29,054 nucleotides of DNA. It comes from a virus (lineage: Duplodnaviria > Caudoviricetes). The stretch's first letter is position 1. The number at the start of each line of letters is the position of its first letter. Under the pieces are notes generated by a model that was given only the letters and a program-made list of their open reading frames with translations, was not told the origin of the DNA and ran no database searches. Shown piece by piece: positions 16,201-28,200 of this stretch. Position numbers and translations under genes: made by a program. The DNA lies in the IMG/VR virus record IMGVR_UViG_3300020365_000093, positions 1 through 29,054 of that record. One strand, written 5' to 3'.

Positions 16201-19200
16201 GATAGTTCTTCTTGCACCTAACTGGAAGTCACCATCAACCTTGAAGGACTTAGTTTTGATTCTAGTAAAGGATAGAGACTCACTGCTGCTATATGCACCA
16301 CCAATCTCAACCTTACTGATTGTCAGTGCATTATCACTAGGTCTATCATCAGGAGTTACACCCAAGAAGACATTACTGTGCAGTGAAGTTTGACCAATTC
16401 TGATAAACTGATCTGCAGTAGTATCATTGCCAAGAGTAATAATCTCAGCAAGATTAGCAATATTTGCTTGAGATGTTACATAGTTGGCAATATTGATAAT
16501 GCCAGTAAAGTTAGTGTCATTGACAAAATTGAACGTTCCGACAGTCTCAGAAGTTCTGATTTCAGCAACAGATCCATCACCATTGATTTCAATGTCACGC
16601 TCAAAGCGTACATCTTCAGTGAATCTAGCATCGCCACGAACAACTAGTGCTCTGTCAAGTTCAGCATCAGTTACGTTGATACCAACCTTATTCTCATTGT
16701 TGCCTCTACCAGACTCAGTAATTGCTACAGTCTCAGTAGAAACACGTAGAGCAGCACGAACCTGATCAATTACGTTGCTATTTGGAGATGCTTCATCTTC
16801 CCAACCAACGACAAGTGCATCAGAGATTCTATTTCTCTCACGAGCATTATAGTTATCTTCAGACAACCAATCGCTCATCTTGCGACCGCTGATGTATGCA
16901 TTACCAACGATATCAAGGTTTGCACGAGGATCAGTGTTGAGAGACTCAACAAATCCGTTTAGATATGCCTCGTGATTTGCTCTTGCAACAGTGTTGATAC
17001 CAAGTTTGAAATCGCCATAGGTTTCAGTCTCAGTTCTCAGTGCTTCACCACCGATGATCATTGTCTCCTTCCAGTTGGAGTTGGAGGAAGAAACCTTAGC
17101 GTTTGGTGATGGGTTGTTTGGATCATTTACGAAAGTAGTCCAGTTAGTACCACCAAATGCGGGGATTGGGCTACCAGTTCTCGATGTAATCAAGAAGTAA
17201 ACAACGTTGCTGGCAGGATTGTAAGGATATTCAGTAGTTGAAAGTACCTTCCAAGTTCCATTAAGAGCATTGCTATAATTGATGTTCTCTAGTTTGATCT
17301 CAGAAGTCGATTTGATTCCGAGGGAAGAGACAGAAACAGCATCTGAGTTAGCATCGATGAAAGTAAGAATACCAATGTTAGTATTCTGATCAACTCTGAC
17401 TTCAATAGAAGCAATCTTTCTTGCTGGATCAGTTGGATCAGAAGGAATCTGATTGAAGATATTAGCGAAGACCCAACCAAGTGAACCATTCTTATTGATC
17501 GATCCACCCTTGAGTAGGATGTCTCCAGTATCAGGTAGAACGTTGGTGTAAGATACAGTTTGTGCTACATTGAGTTTTGATCCACCAGCAGAAACCAAAC
17601 CATCTTGGTTTGGAGTTAGGTTGGAAGCAACACCACCAGGAGCATGTGTCTGAATCTTATAACCTTGTCCAATACCACCGCGTGGGTTGAATGCAAAGAT
17701 TGCAGAATCAATGCGGTTCTTACCAATTCTGATATCACCAGCATTATCACCAAAGTTGTTGAGTGGGAATAGATCACGATCTAGACCCTCAGAGTCTTGA
17801 GGGTTGCCCTTATAGTCAACACTATGAACAAACGATTTGATGATCAGAGGTACACCCTGATTCTGCATCTGTGATGGTGGAATTGGACCATCAGCACAGG
17901 TGATAGTAATTGGTGAATTGAAGTTAGAAACCAAAGTACCATCATCACCACCAACAATAGTGATGTTCTGATTGAATGTAACTGGTGTCTCGAATGATGT
18001 AACGAGTTGTCCGATTACATCATCCTCATCTCCATCGTCGGCAAGAAGTGCTCTATCAATGAAGGTTTCTTCACCAGTGATAGCGTTGATTCTTCTATTA
18101 CCAATGTAAAGGTCACCCTGTGAGTTGATACCAGTGTAGAAGACGATACCAGCGTCTTGCTTCTTCGACTGTGCGTAGAAGTCCTCGTCAGGTGTTAGGA
18201 CAATCTCCTGACGTGCTGGGAGACCTGTAGAGTAGTTACCAGGACCGAAACCAAGGTATTCAAACGTGTGGTTACCAGCACGAGCGATAGATGGTCTACG
18301 GAGTTCAACGTAGTAACGCTGATCTGTCCAGACTCTGTTATCACCAGCAATAGGAATAACACGATCTTCAGAACCAGCAGATGCATTACCTTGCTGTGCT
18401 TCAATTACAGTCTTGAGATCTTGAGTATCAGTTGTATACTCGTTCTCAATAAATGCAGGTTGCTTGAGTAGATCAATAACAAGTTCTCTAGTTACAGAAC
18501 CCTTGACATCATTGACAGTAACCTTACCATGAATGTAATTGTCAGCAGCAGAGTATGACTGAGGTGGATCAATCAACTGTGCATAGTAATCTTTCTCTTC
18601 GTTGCTTGTACCATCTTTCTTGAACCAAAGAGGATCGTTTCTGTAGTTCAGAGGATACAGTTTGCCAACTGGTTGTGAGAACTTGAACTTGCGGAAGTTG
18701 GTAGAAACACCAGCACCTTGTGGGAATGGAGAGATATTACCACGGAGAGCAGTTAGATAGTAGATACCATCTTGCTGACCAAAGATACGTTTCTGTAGCT
18801 CAGCACTATCGAAGATGTAGAAGGTGTCTTCAATAACACCAGTGTCCTCAACAGTTTCAACATAGTATTGGTTACCAGCACTGTCCTGAATAGTATCACC
18901 AGGAGTAATGGTGTAAACATTGGAACCGTTTTGCTTGTAATAATACTCAGGATAATTTTTCTTGATATGAGTTTTCAGAGGTAGGGATTTGCCCATATCC
19001 TGATCCTCAAGCATATCGGCAAATACCGCACCCTGTTGGAATCTTGTAGACTGGAACTCACTATACTCTAGGGAAGCAGATCCCTTAGCACCACTAATAC
19101 CCTTGATGATTAGGTAGTGATCGCCACCAACATTATAGTATCCATGAATATATGCAGTACCAGAAGAATTACCAGAGAATCCAATAGTGTTAGTAGAAAT

Positions 19201-22200
19201 ACTCTGAGTCTTATTGGTAACAAATGTACCACCCTGAGGTGCAGTAATCTTGACAGTTGTGAAGATTTCGTTTCTTAGACCAGAGAAGTTGACAGTATCA
19301 ACAGTGTGGTCGAAGACCGTCAGTTCTAGATACTGAATGTTTTCATCTAGTCTATCTGTGATGTAACGACCAGACTGGATGGTTGCCTGGATACCAGAGG
19401 TAAATCTAGCATAGATTGGTGCATTATATGGATCATAACCATCTTCAGCTGGAGTTAGGTTATTTGCTCTTAGTTGCTCGATAGTATCACCAATGTACTC
19501 AGTTCCACCAGGAACAGCGAAACGGGCACCATATACATTACCAGATACAGGCTTGAGTAGAATCTTCTGAGGTACTAACTTACGAGTGTCGTCAGTTCTT
19601 GTCTTGAGAACAAATCCATTGATAGGATCTCTTGCGTTCTCAATGTACTTAGGAATGACATAACGTAGTTTGTATGTTCTGTCATTTGCCTCACGAGTAT
19701 CATTGACACGCTCATACCATGTATCAGTGGTAGAATCCTTACCCTGATAATCAGAAGATCCAAGTAGACTATAGATCTGCTTATCAATGACTGTTTGATC
19801 AGTCTCACCAGTAATATTATCTGCAGTCTGTAGATACCACTTACCAGTTGTAGTAACAGCATCAGTAAAGGTTGGATCGAAACGCATTGGGCTACGCTTC
19901 TTATTCATGAAGACTCTGAATCCTTTCTCACCTGGATTGAGTTTGATAGGATCTAGATTGTTTTGTGCATCAGATTGAGTCTTGTGGATAGTAAAGACTT
20001 TTGGTGAAACATAACGTACATAGAACTCTTTATTAGGATCGATGAAGTTAGCATTAGGAGCAGCAACAGCTGGATCACTCTGGAAGTCTTGTGCAAGAAT
20101 TGGAGGAGTTGCACCACTTACACCACGGAAGAATACTGTTTGAGGAGTAGTTGATGCAGATGGAACATCAAAGAAGTGTGCAATATCAGTTTGAATACCA
20201 CCATCGACGGAGGTATTAGTCTCAGCAATATAGGTAATAAGATCATACTTGTTATCAAGTACGAATTGGTACATATCGATCTCAACGTCTGGATCGATAA
20301 CATCAACTTCAGAAGCGTAGATGTAAATACCTGCTGCTGCGTTCTCCTTAGAGGTTGCAAGCATCAGTTTAGTCTGATCTTGACCATTGAAGTATACGCT
20401 ATTATTATACTCAACCCCACCCTCACGAGTGCTTCTACCAGGAGCAATTACATAGTAGGTTGTATTAGTGTCGAAACCGTTAGGTAGTCTTACAAGACGC
20501 TTATCAACATCAACAAACTTACCTGAGCTTCTATCGAAACGAGGACGTGGTACAAGTCTTACAGGTGTACCAGTTTCAAAGTCATGTGGATTAGGAGCAC
20601 CAGATCCATCAATATCGATAGTCCAGATTGTTGCTCTCTGTGCAAGTAAGGCAGTGTTGAATGTTGGTTCAACACGATCTACAGTAGGAACAGTTACACC
20701 ATTTACAATCTTGGTTAGACCAGTCTCAATAATGGTGGTGATGTTATCAGTAAGTTGAATAATTGCTGCAGCAGTAGAAGCACACTCACGTTGAGATGTA
20801 GATACTGTTGTATCAGCAATAACATCAGGATCTTCGCTTTCAGGTGCGACAGTTACAGTTTGTGGAAGTGTATCTGCCCAAGCACCCTCTTCAAGCATAA
20901 AGTGTAGATGTAAAGCACCACCAGCAGTGTAAGTGTCTGTAGCAACAACACTATTGCCAGTGTCTAGTCTAGAATCTTTGACTCCAAGTCTAATTGTAGT
21001 AGAGTCAATAATCTCTTTAACATATGTTTCAGCAGGAATTGTACTGGTTACCAAGTAGTTTGCCTTGGTAGCAGGATCTTTTGCTTCATCTTTGAGTAGA
21101 CCAGGAGCACCATCAGCAGTTCTATATGCACTAGCAAGGTATTCCTCAACCCTCATACCAATCAGGATACCTGAAGTATCACCAACATCTACGATGTCAG
21201 ATTGATCTACAGTTCCACAACCCCATGCAACGAAGTCAAAGTTACGCATTGCTGCGATTGCCATGCTTCCAACATAGTTCCAAGCATCAATAGTCTCTGC
21301 TTTCTCTCCATCAATATACTCAAGTTGAGCACCACCAGCAATTACAGAATCTGTAGTGGCACTTACAAATGTGTGTACAGTTTGTGGTAGATGTTTTACA
21401 GCATCATTAGCAGCAGTTACAAATGTGTGAGCAGAAGTATCAGAAGAAGTTCCTACGTTGACTGTAATCGTAGTCGCTGTAACTGCTTCAATTGCAATAG
21501 ATCTGCCAGCGAAAGGATCTGTACCAGGACGTGGATATGTGTGCTGGGTAGCATTGTTATCTAGAGCACATGTGAATGTGAAGGAGTTATCTTCAAGAAC
21601 TACACCTTCACCAACTGATAGTGTATGAGCACCAATAGTGATCTCCATGACACCAGTTGTTGGGTCATAAGTAGCATTAGATGGAGTAAATGATACGTTA
21701 GGACCAGATGCTCCAACATTGACTGTAACTGTAGTTGGAGTAACTGCAGTAACTTGGATAGATCTTCCAGCATATGGATCAATGCCAGGGCGTGGATATG
21801 TCTTTTGCGTTTGATCATTATCCATTCCACATGTAAATGTGAATCCATTATCAGCGAGTCTGATACGTCTACCAACTTCGATGCCATGATTACCAATCGT
21901 AACCGTAAAGTCGCCAGTTGCAGGATCATAAGTTGCATCAGTTGGAGTATATCCTCTAGTGCTAGAAGTACCTACAAAGTATGCTTCACCTGCTTGTACT
22001 GAGTTGATGTTACCACCATACTTGAGGTCATTAGCGATAGCATCAACGATGTAAGCAACGTCTCTATAGCACTTAGATGACGTTGCATTGAGCGTAAAGT
22101 CACCAGGATTTACAACAGGTAGATCAGCAATAGAACCGCTAGAAATGGCATCTGTGATGATGTCAAAGAGGTTCTCGATAGAAGAACGAACGTTTGCACA

Positions 22201-25200
22201 ATCCCAATTACCAGTGCTGAGACTTGGCAGATCATCAAGGTTACCAGCAACCAAAGCATCACATACAATACTAGTCAAGGTATTGACAGTTGCTAAAACA
22301 TCAGAGCAGTTACCTTCCGCATATGTAGCAGGTTGGTATGCCTTTGCAGCACGAGGATAGGAATGAGTGGTTACATTTTGATCCTTAGTGCATGTAAATG
22401 TTAGACTCTCAGTCTTGATTCTGATGCTAGTAGAAGCATCAATATTATGTGGAGCAGAAGTAGTAACAGTAACTACTCCAGTTGCAGGATCATAAGTTGC
22501 ATCTGTTACATCATGCTCAACTAGTGGAGATGTTCCAACGTTGAGTGTAATACTTCTATCGGTAACACTAGCAATTGTAATTGACTGACCAGCATATGGG
22601 TCAACACCAGGACGAGGGTATGATTTCTGTGCAGTGTAATCATCCATTGCACACTTGAATGTAAACGAATTGTCTGCAAGTGTTACAGATGAACCAGCAT
22701 TTAGTCCATGAGCGTTTTGGGTGTAGATAACAAATAGACCCGTTGTTGCATCATAGGTTGCATTGATTGGTGTTAGTGAACCACCACCTGCCCAACCAAC
22801 AGCATCAGCAGCAACGCTTACAAATCTATGATCATATGCACCACCAGATACGATTGCACCAGGCAATGCCTTGACAAATGTATGTGGATATACGTGAGTA
22901 GAAGTACCAACGGTAAACGATAAGGTACTACCTGAAGCAGAAGATAGATTGACTGCAGTATTATATGCAGGATCAGCAGGAGCACCAGTTGTTCTAGTAG
23001 CAGTTAGTGTACCTACGCCACTGTCATTACCAATTGCCTGAATGATGATACCCATAAGTGTATCAACTGCAGCAACAGCAGAACCACAACGTGGTAGCAA
23101 TGCATCTGCATCCCAATCATTGACAATAGTAGTATCAATGCTTTGAGTTAGGGAGTTACCAGCAGAGACTGATACTGCCTCGTTTTTGATAACCTGCATC
23201 GCGATGTTTTTCGCCTCGGTCATTACCTTAGCAGCTTCATCACGCTCAGCATCAATGAATGTTTCTACAGTATTGCCATCTCTATAATCGTAGTTAGTAA
23301 CATAGATGTTAGCAGCGTCATAAGTCTTGGAGTTTCCACCAAACTTAACATCCCACATAACTTCTTTGAGGACGCTAACAACATCATCTCTACAATCCTG
23401 TGCAGTATTTCCTGCGGATGGAGTGTAAGAAGGATATGCAGCAAGCATACGCTCATATGCTTCTGCAGCAATGAAATCAACATTAGCAAGAACCATGTCA
23501 TGTGCATCACACTCGATGTCACCAACAATAGTAGGATCTCCAATAGTATCAAGTGTGATGTTTAGATCGCGATCATAATAAACGTTGTTCAATGCACGCT
23601 GCATTAGATCTTCAGCACGCTTGAAGCATGTAATTGCAGGACCAACTTCATTATCTACACCGTTGGTGATTAGAGAGTTACCATTGAAGTATTCCTTAGT
23701 TGCAGCAATAGTATACTCATTACCACCAAACCATAGATCTTGTGCAATAGCATCAACAACGTGACCGATATCTCTACGGCACTTGATTTCCGCAGCTTCA
23801 AGACTAGAAGGAGTCTCTGCAGGTAGGTTGTTCAGGTTGCCAGCAGTAATTGCATCAGTTACATAAGTTGCAAGAACTGAAATTTCTGACTGTACATTAG
23901 CACAGGAATTTGGATCTTGGTTGTCATTAGTTAGTGGATCGGGAGTTACAGTTAGATCCTTATCATACAACTGATTAGTAACTGCTTTGATCATAAAATC
24001 AGAAGCAGCACCGAAAGCAGTTACACTCTCAGATTCTTCTCCCAATAGACCATTGGTGATAGGTGCGTTACCGTCAAAGTATTGCTGGATGAAAGTTCTG
24101 GTGTGCTTATTGCTTCCAGTATATACATCAACTGCGATAGCATCGATGAAGTAACCAATATCACGAGCACACTTAGTTTCACCAGGACCACCTTGACCCT
24201 TATTGATCTCAAGAGGTAGAGTGGATAGATTACCAGTAGCGATAATTGTTGTGATAATAGATGACAGTGAGTCAACTGCAGACTGAACATCAGAACATAG
24301 TAATTGCTGTTCTTTATTCTGATTAGCAGTATTACCAGCAAATGTAACTGCGCCTGTTTGTGCAGTTGAAAATGTGTGATTGCTGAAGTTTGTGTTACCA
24401 TCACCAACATTAATAGTAATAGTATCAACAGTAACTGCATCAATTCTAATTAGTTTCTGCCATGCAGGGTCACCCGATCTTGGATATCCAGTGATTTGAT
24501 TATTACCATCTAGATCACAAGTGAATTGGATACTGCCAGTAGCAAGTTCAATAAAATCACCAACAGACAAACCATGCTTAGCAATGCTAAGAACAGTAAC
24601 ACCAGTGTTAGGATCGTAAGTTGCAAAATGTGGAGTAAACGACTGAGTTACTTGACCATATGGATTTCCTGGCGAATTATCAGCAGTAACTGTTAGGTCT
24701 TTCTCATAAAGCTGGTTAGTGAGTGCTTTCTTCATCATATCAGCAGCTTTATTGAAAGCAGTGATACTTTGTGCTTCTTCACCTACAAGACCATTAGTAA
24801 TAGGTGTAGTTGCATTAGAGAAGTATTCTGCAGCGAATCTATGAGAATACTCATTACCATTGATGAAGAGGTCAAGAGAAACAGCATCAACAAAGTATCC
24901 AATGTCTCTACGGCATTTAGTTTCTACTACACCACTGGTATATCCAGTTTCTGCAACCATACCAGAAAGTGTACCTGCCTGAAGAACATCAGTTACAATA
25001 GTTGTTAGACTATCAATAGCAGACTGAACATCAGCACAGGATGTAGGATCTAGGTTATTTCCTGTTGCGGAATCAGGTGTAATGGATAGATCTTGAACAG
25101 ACAACTGGTTTGTAATTGCCTGCTTCATGAGGTCTCTTGCCTCTTCAAAAGCACGCTGACTTTCAGTTTCTTCTCCAACTAGACCATTGTTGATTGGGTT

Positions 25201-28200
25201 ACCATTATCATCAAAATACTCAGAGATAAACTTACGAGCGTACTTGTTACCACCCATGAAAATATCAAGGGAGATAGAATCAACGAAAATGCCAATATCT
25301 CTCTTACACTTAGTCTCGACAGAAGCAACGCCAGGGTATGCACCGACCATATTAGTCCATGCAGTATCGACAATTTCAGTTCTGTTCTGCTGGATTAGTC
25401 TATAGGAGTCAGCATATCTAGAACCACCATCAGTTTGTGGTTCGCCTGGGAAGTAGAAATCAGGATGTTCTACAGCAATCTGTGCTAGGGAACGATCTAG
25501 AATTTCGTCTTTGTTTGCCTGAATGAGGCGGTGTGCATCAGCGTATCTAGAACGCTCATCAGTCTGAGGATCACCAGGGAAGTAGAAGTCTGGATGTGCT
25601 AGATTGATTGCTGCAAGTGCATTATCTCTAATCTCTTTGCTGTTACGACGAATAGACTTATATGCATCAGCAAAACGAGTTGTGGAATGATTTCCATTCA
25701 GACCAGGAATTACAAAGTCTGGGTGATATACAGCAATTTCTGCAACAGCTGCATCAAGAATAAACTCGCGGTTAGCAACAATACGATTACGAGCATCCTT
25801 ATAGCGACTAGCAGGATCTTTCAGGTTAGCAGCATCAATAGTGACACCTTCGCTATCTAGTCCAAGTGCAGCAGATCCAGTGTTACCAGCAACGATACCA
25901 TATGGTGCTAGAGGACTGTTAGGATTGGGATCATAAATCGTTGCTTTGACTGTTAGAAGATTAGCAATTGCTTTCTTACAGAGATCTCTTGCTCTATTGA
26001 ATGCAAATACTGATTGATCTTCTTCACCAACCAAACCATTTGTGATAGGTGCATCATTACCATCAAAGTAGAACTTAGTTGCTTCGATGATATTTCTATT
26101 GCCACCGTCTCTAAGGTCTTCAGCAACAGCATCAACAATAAAACCAATATCACGCTTACACTTACCATCAGCAACACCCTGGATGTTACCAATACCAAAT
26201 GTCTCGACCATTTGGTCGAATGCGGTATCAACAATTTCCTGGCGGTTTGCAAGAATTAGATTCTTAGCATCAAAATAACGGTTAGCAGCAGGGTTTAGAG
26301 CAGGGTTGACATATGAAATGTTCTGGAGTCTAGGATACTTCTCTAGGATGTAACCAAAGACTTCCTCCTGAATCATAGTACGGTTGCTTTCGATTAGGTT
26401 AGCACCGTCTACGTTGTTATTATCAATGGTGAAAGTTGTTGGATTTAGAGTAGATGCCTTAGCAATATACTTGACAAATCCTGTTGGTGATAGTTCTGCT
26501 TCAAAGATGCCACCATCCTTGACATAAAGTGTGTCACCAGACTTAGCACCAATTCTGTAACCACCAATGGTAGCAGCAGGGCGAACGAGTGGGTTATCTA
26601 GGTCAACACCACCCAAGAATAGTTTCTTGTATACACCAGCAGATTGGAACTCAGCCTTGGTTCCCTGAACATCCAAAGTGTAGTAAAGAACTTTCTCTAC
26701 ATTTGTCTCATCTTCTACAACTTGTGAAGGAGGAATAATGTCAGTAATGTAACCCGCCTTATCTTGGTTGAAGGAGAATCCTTTGAAACCAATAGCATGA
26801 AGTGATGTATTACCGAAGTTGGAGTTAGAGTTGGTGATCGACATGTCACCACCCGACTCCATCAGGAAGTGATCAGCGAAACCAACAGCGAAGATCGAAA
26901 CGTTCTGGATAAATGCATCATCAGAAGCACGGACGTGGAAGTTTCTCCAGTCATCCTTCCAGTAAGAATCACCCTTAGCGTGATAAGGAACCGTAGCAAA
27001 TGCGTCAACTAGTGATGCTTGGTTCCAAGTGTTTGCGTATTCGTCGTAGCGGATGAATGCTCTGTCGTCTCTCTGGAGCGAAACACCCGTGTACTGCGCG
27101 ATAACCATGGATTTGAATCCAGTGGCTTTCAGACCGTTTGCCCAGATTCCGCAAATACCCCAAACCGAACGGATTGAGACGTTGAAAACATAAGGAGACG
27201 CGGACTCAACAGAGTCAACTTCCGCGAGAACCTGTGCGTTCTGACCTAGTGCGGGAGCAGAGTTTACGCTTACTTCTTTATTATCAGTGAGACCTTGACC
27301 GATTCCAGATACAACAAAAGGAACACGATAAGAGAACTTACGAGGATCATCAGAGATCTCGTAGATTGGCCAGAAACCTTCAATCTCCTCGTCAATGTCT
27401 GTACCAGAAATAGCAACAAACTGACCAGCAAAATAACCGTGGTCAACCTTTGTTGTTACTTCAATATTACAACTAGAAGTACCAGCAATATCATTGAACT
27501 TCAGAGATTCGATAACTCTGGAGTCAGATAGAGGACCAACAATTCTGTTTTCCTGAACGTTGAAATCAAACTCAGGAACACCATTTACAGAGGTGTTGAT
27601 GGTTGGTTGATACTTCTCAAATGCCTTAGCAACCTTTCTGTAGTAGAGTTGCAGTTCTTCTTTATCTGCGTACTCAAATACAGTTAGTTTGTGGTGAGAG
27701 AAGTTAGGGATTGCCTTCTTCGTGAAGTCATATGGATCGTAATAAACCTCACCAGATCCGATAGAAGGATTGTAAAGTGGAGACTCAGCAGTAGTCTGAC
27801 CATCCTTGATAGTGAACTGCCAGAAATAACAACCACCAGTTACATTGAAGATAGCAGAGCGAGGATATGTAACTGAGGAAGGTTCAGGAACGTAGAGAGG
27901 ACGAACAGTGGTTCTACGTAGGTCATAACCTACAAGAGAAGAACCTCTGGGGATGATAGCACCACCCTCAGTATTGTTGAACTTATAGAGGACGTTATCA
28001 GGGTTAGAAATGTCCAGAATAGGATCATCACCCCATGACTCTAGTGCTTGACTAAAGTCAAATGCTTCAATGCCACTAGTGTCAACCAGACCAGGACGGT
28101 TATCAATGTAGTGGATGCCAGGCATCAACATCACAGTAAACTGGTCAAATCTATCATTAGATGGACCAGGAGTATAAGAATATCTTGCAATCTCTAGGAA

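Noticed and set aside
6840-27876. Many 60-140 aa plus-strand and alternate-frame ORFs within the tail genes
   Set aside because: Shadows of strong codon bias in long genes; no recognisable motifs, promoters or ribosome-binding sites
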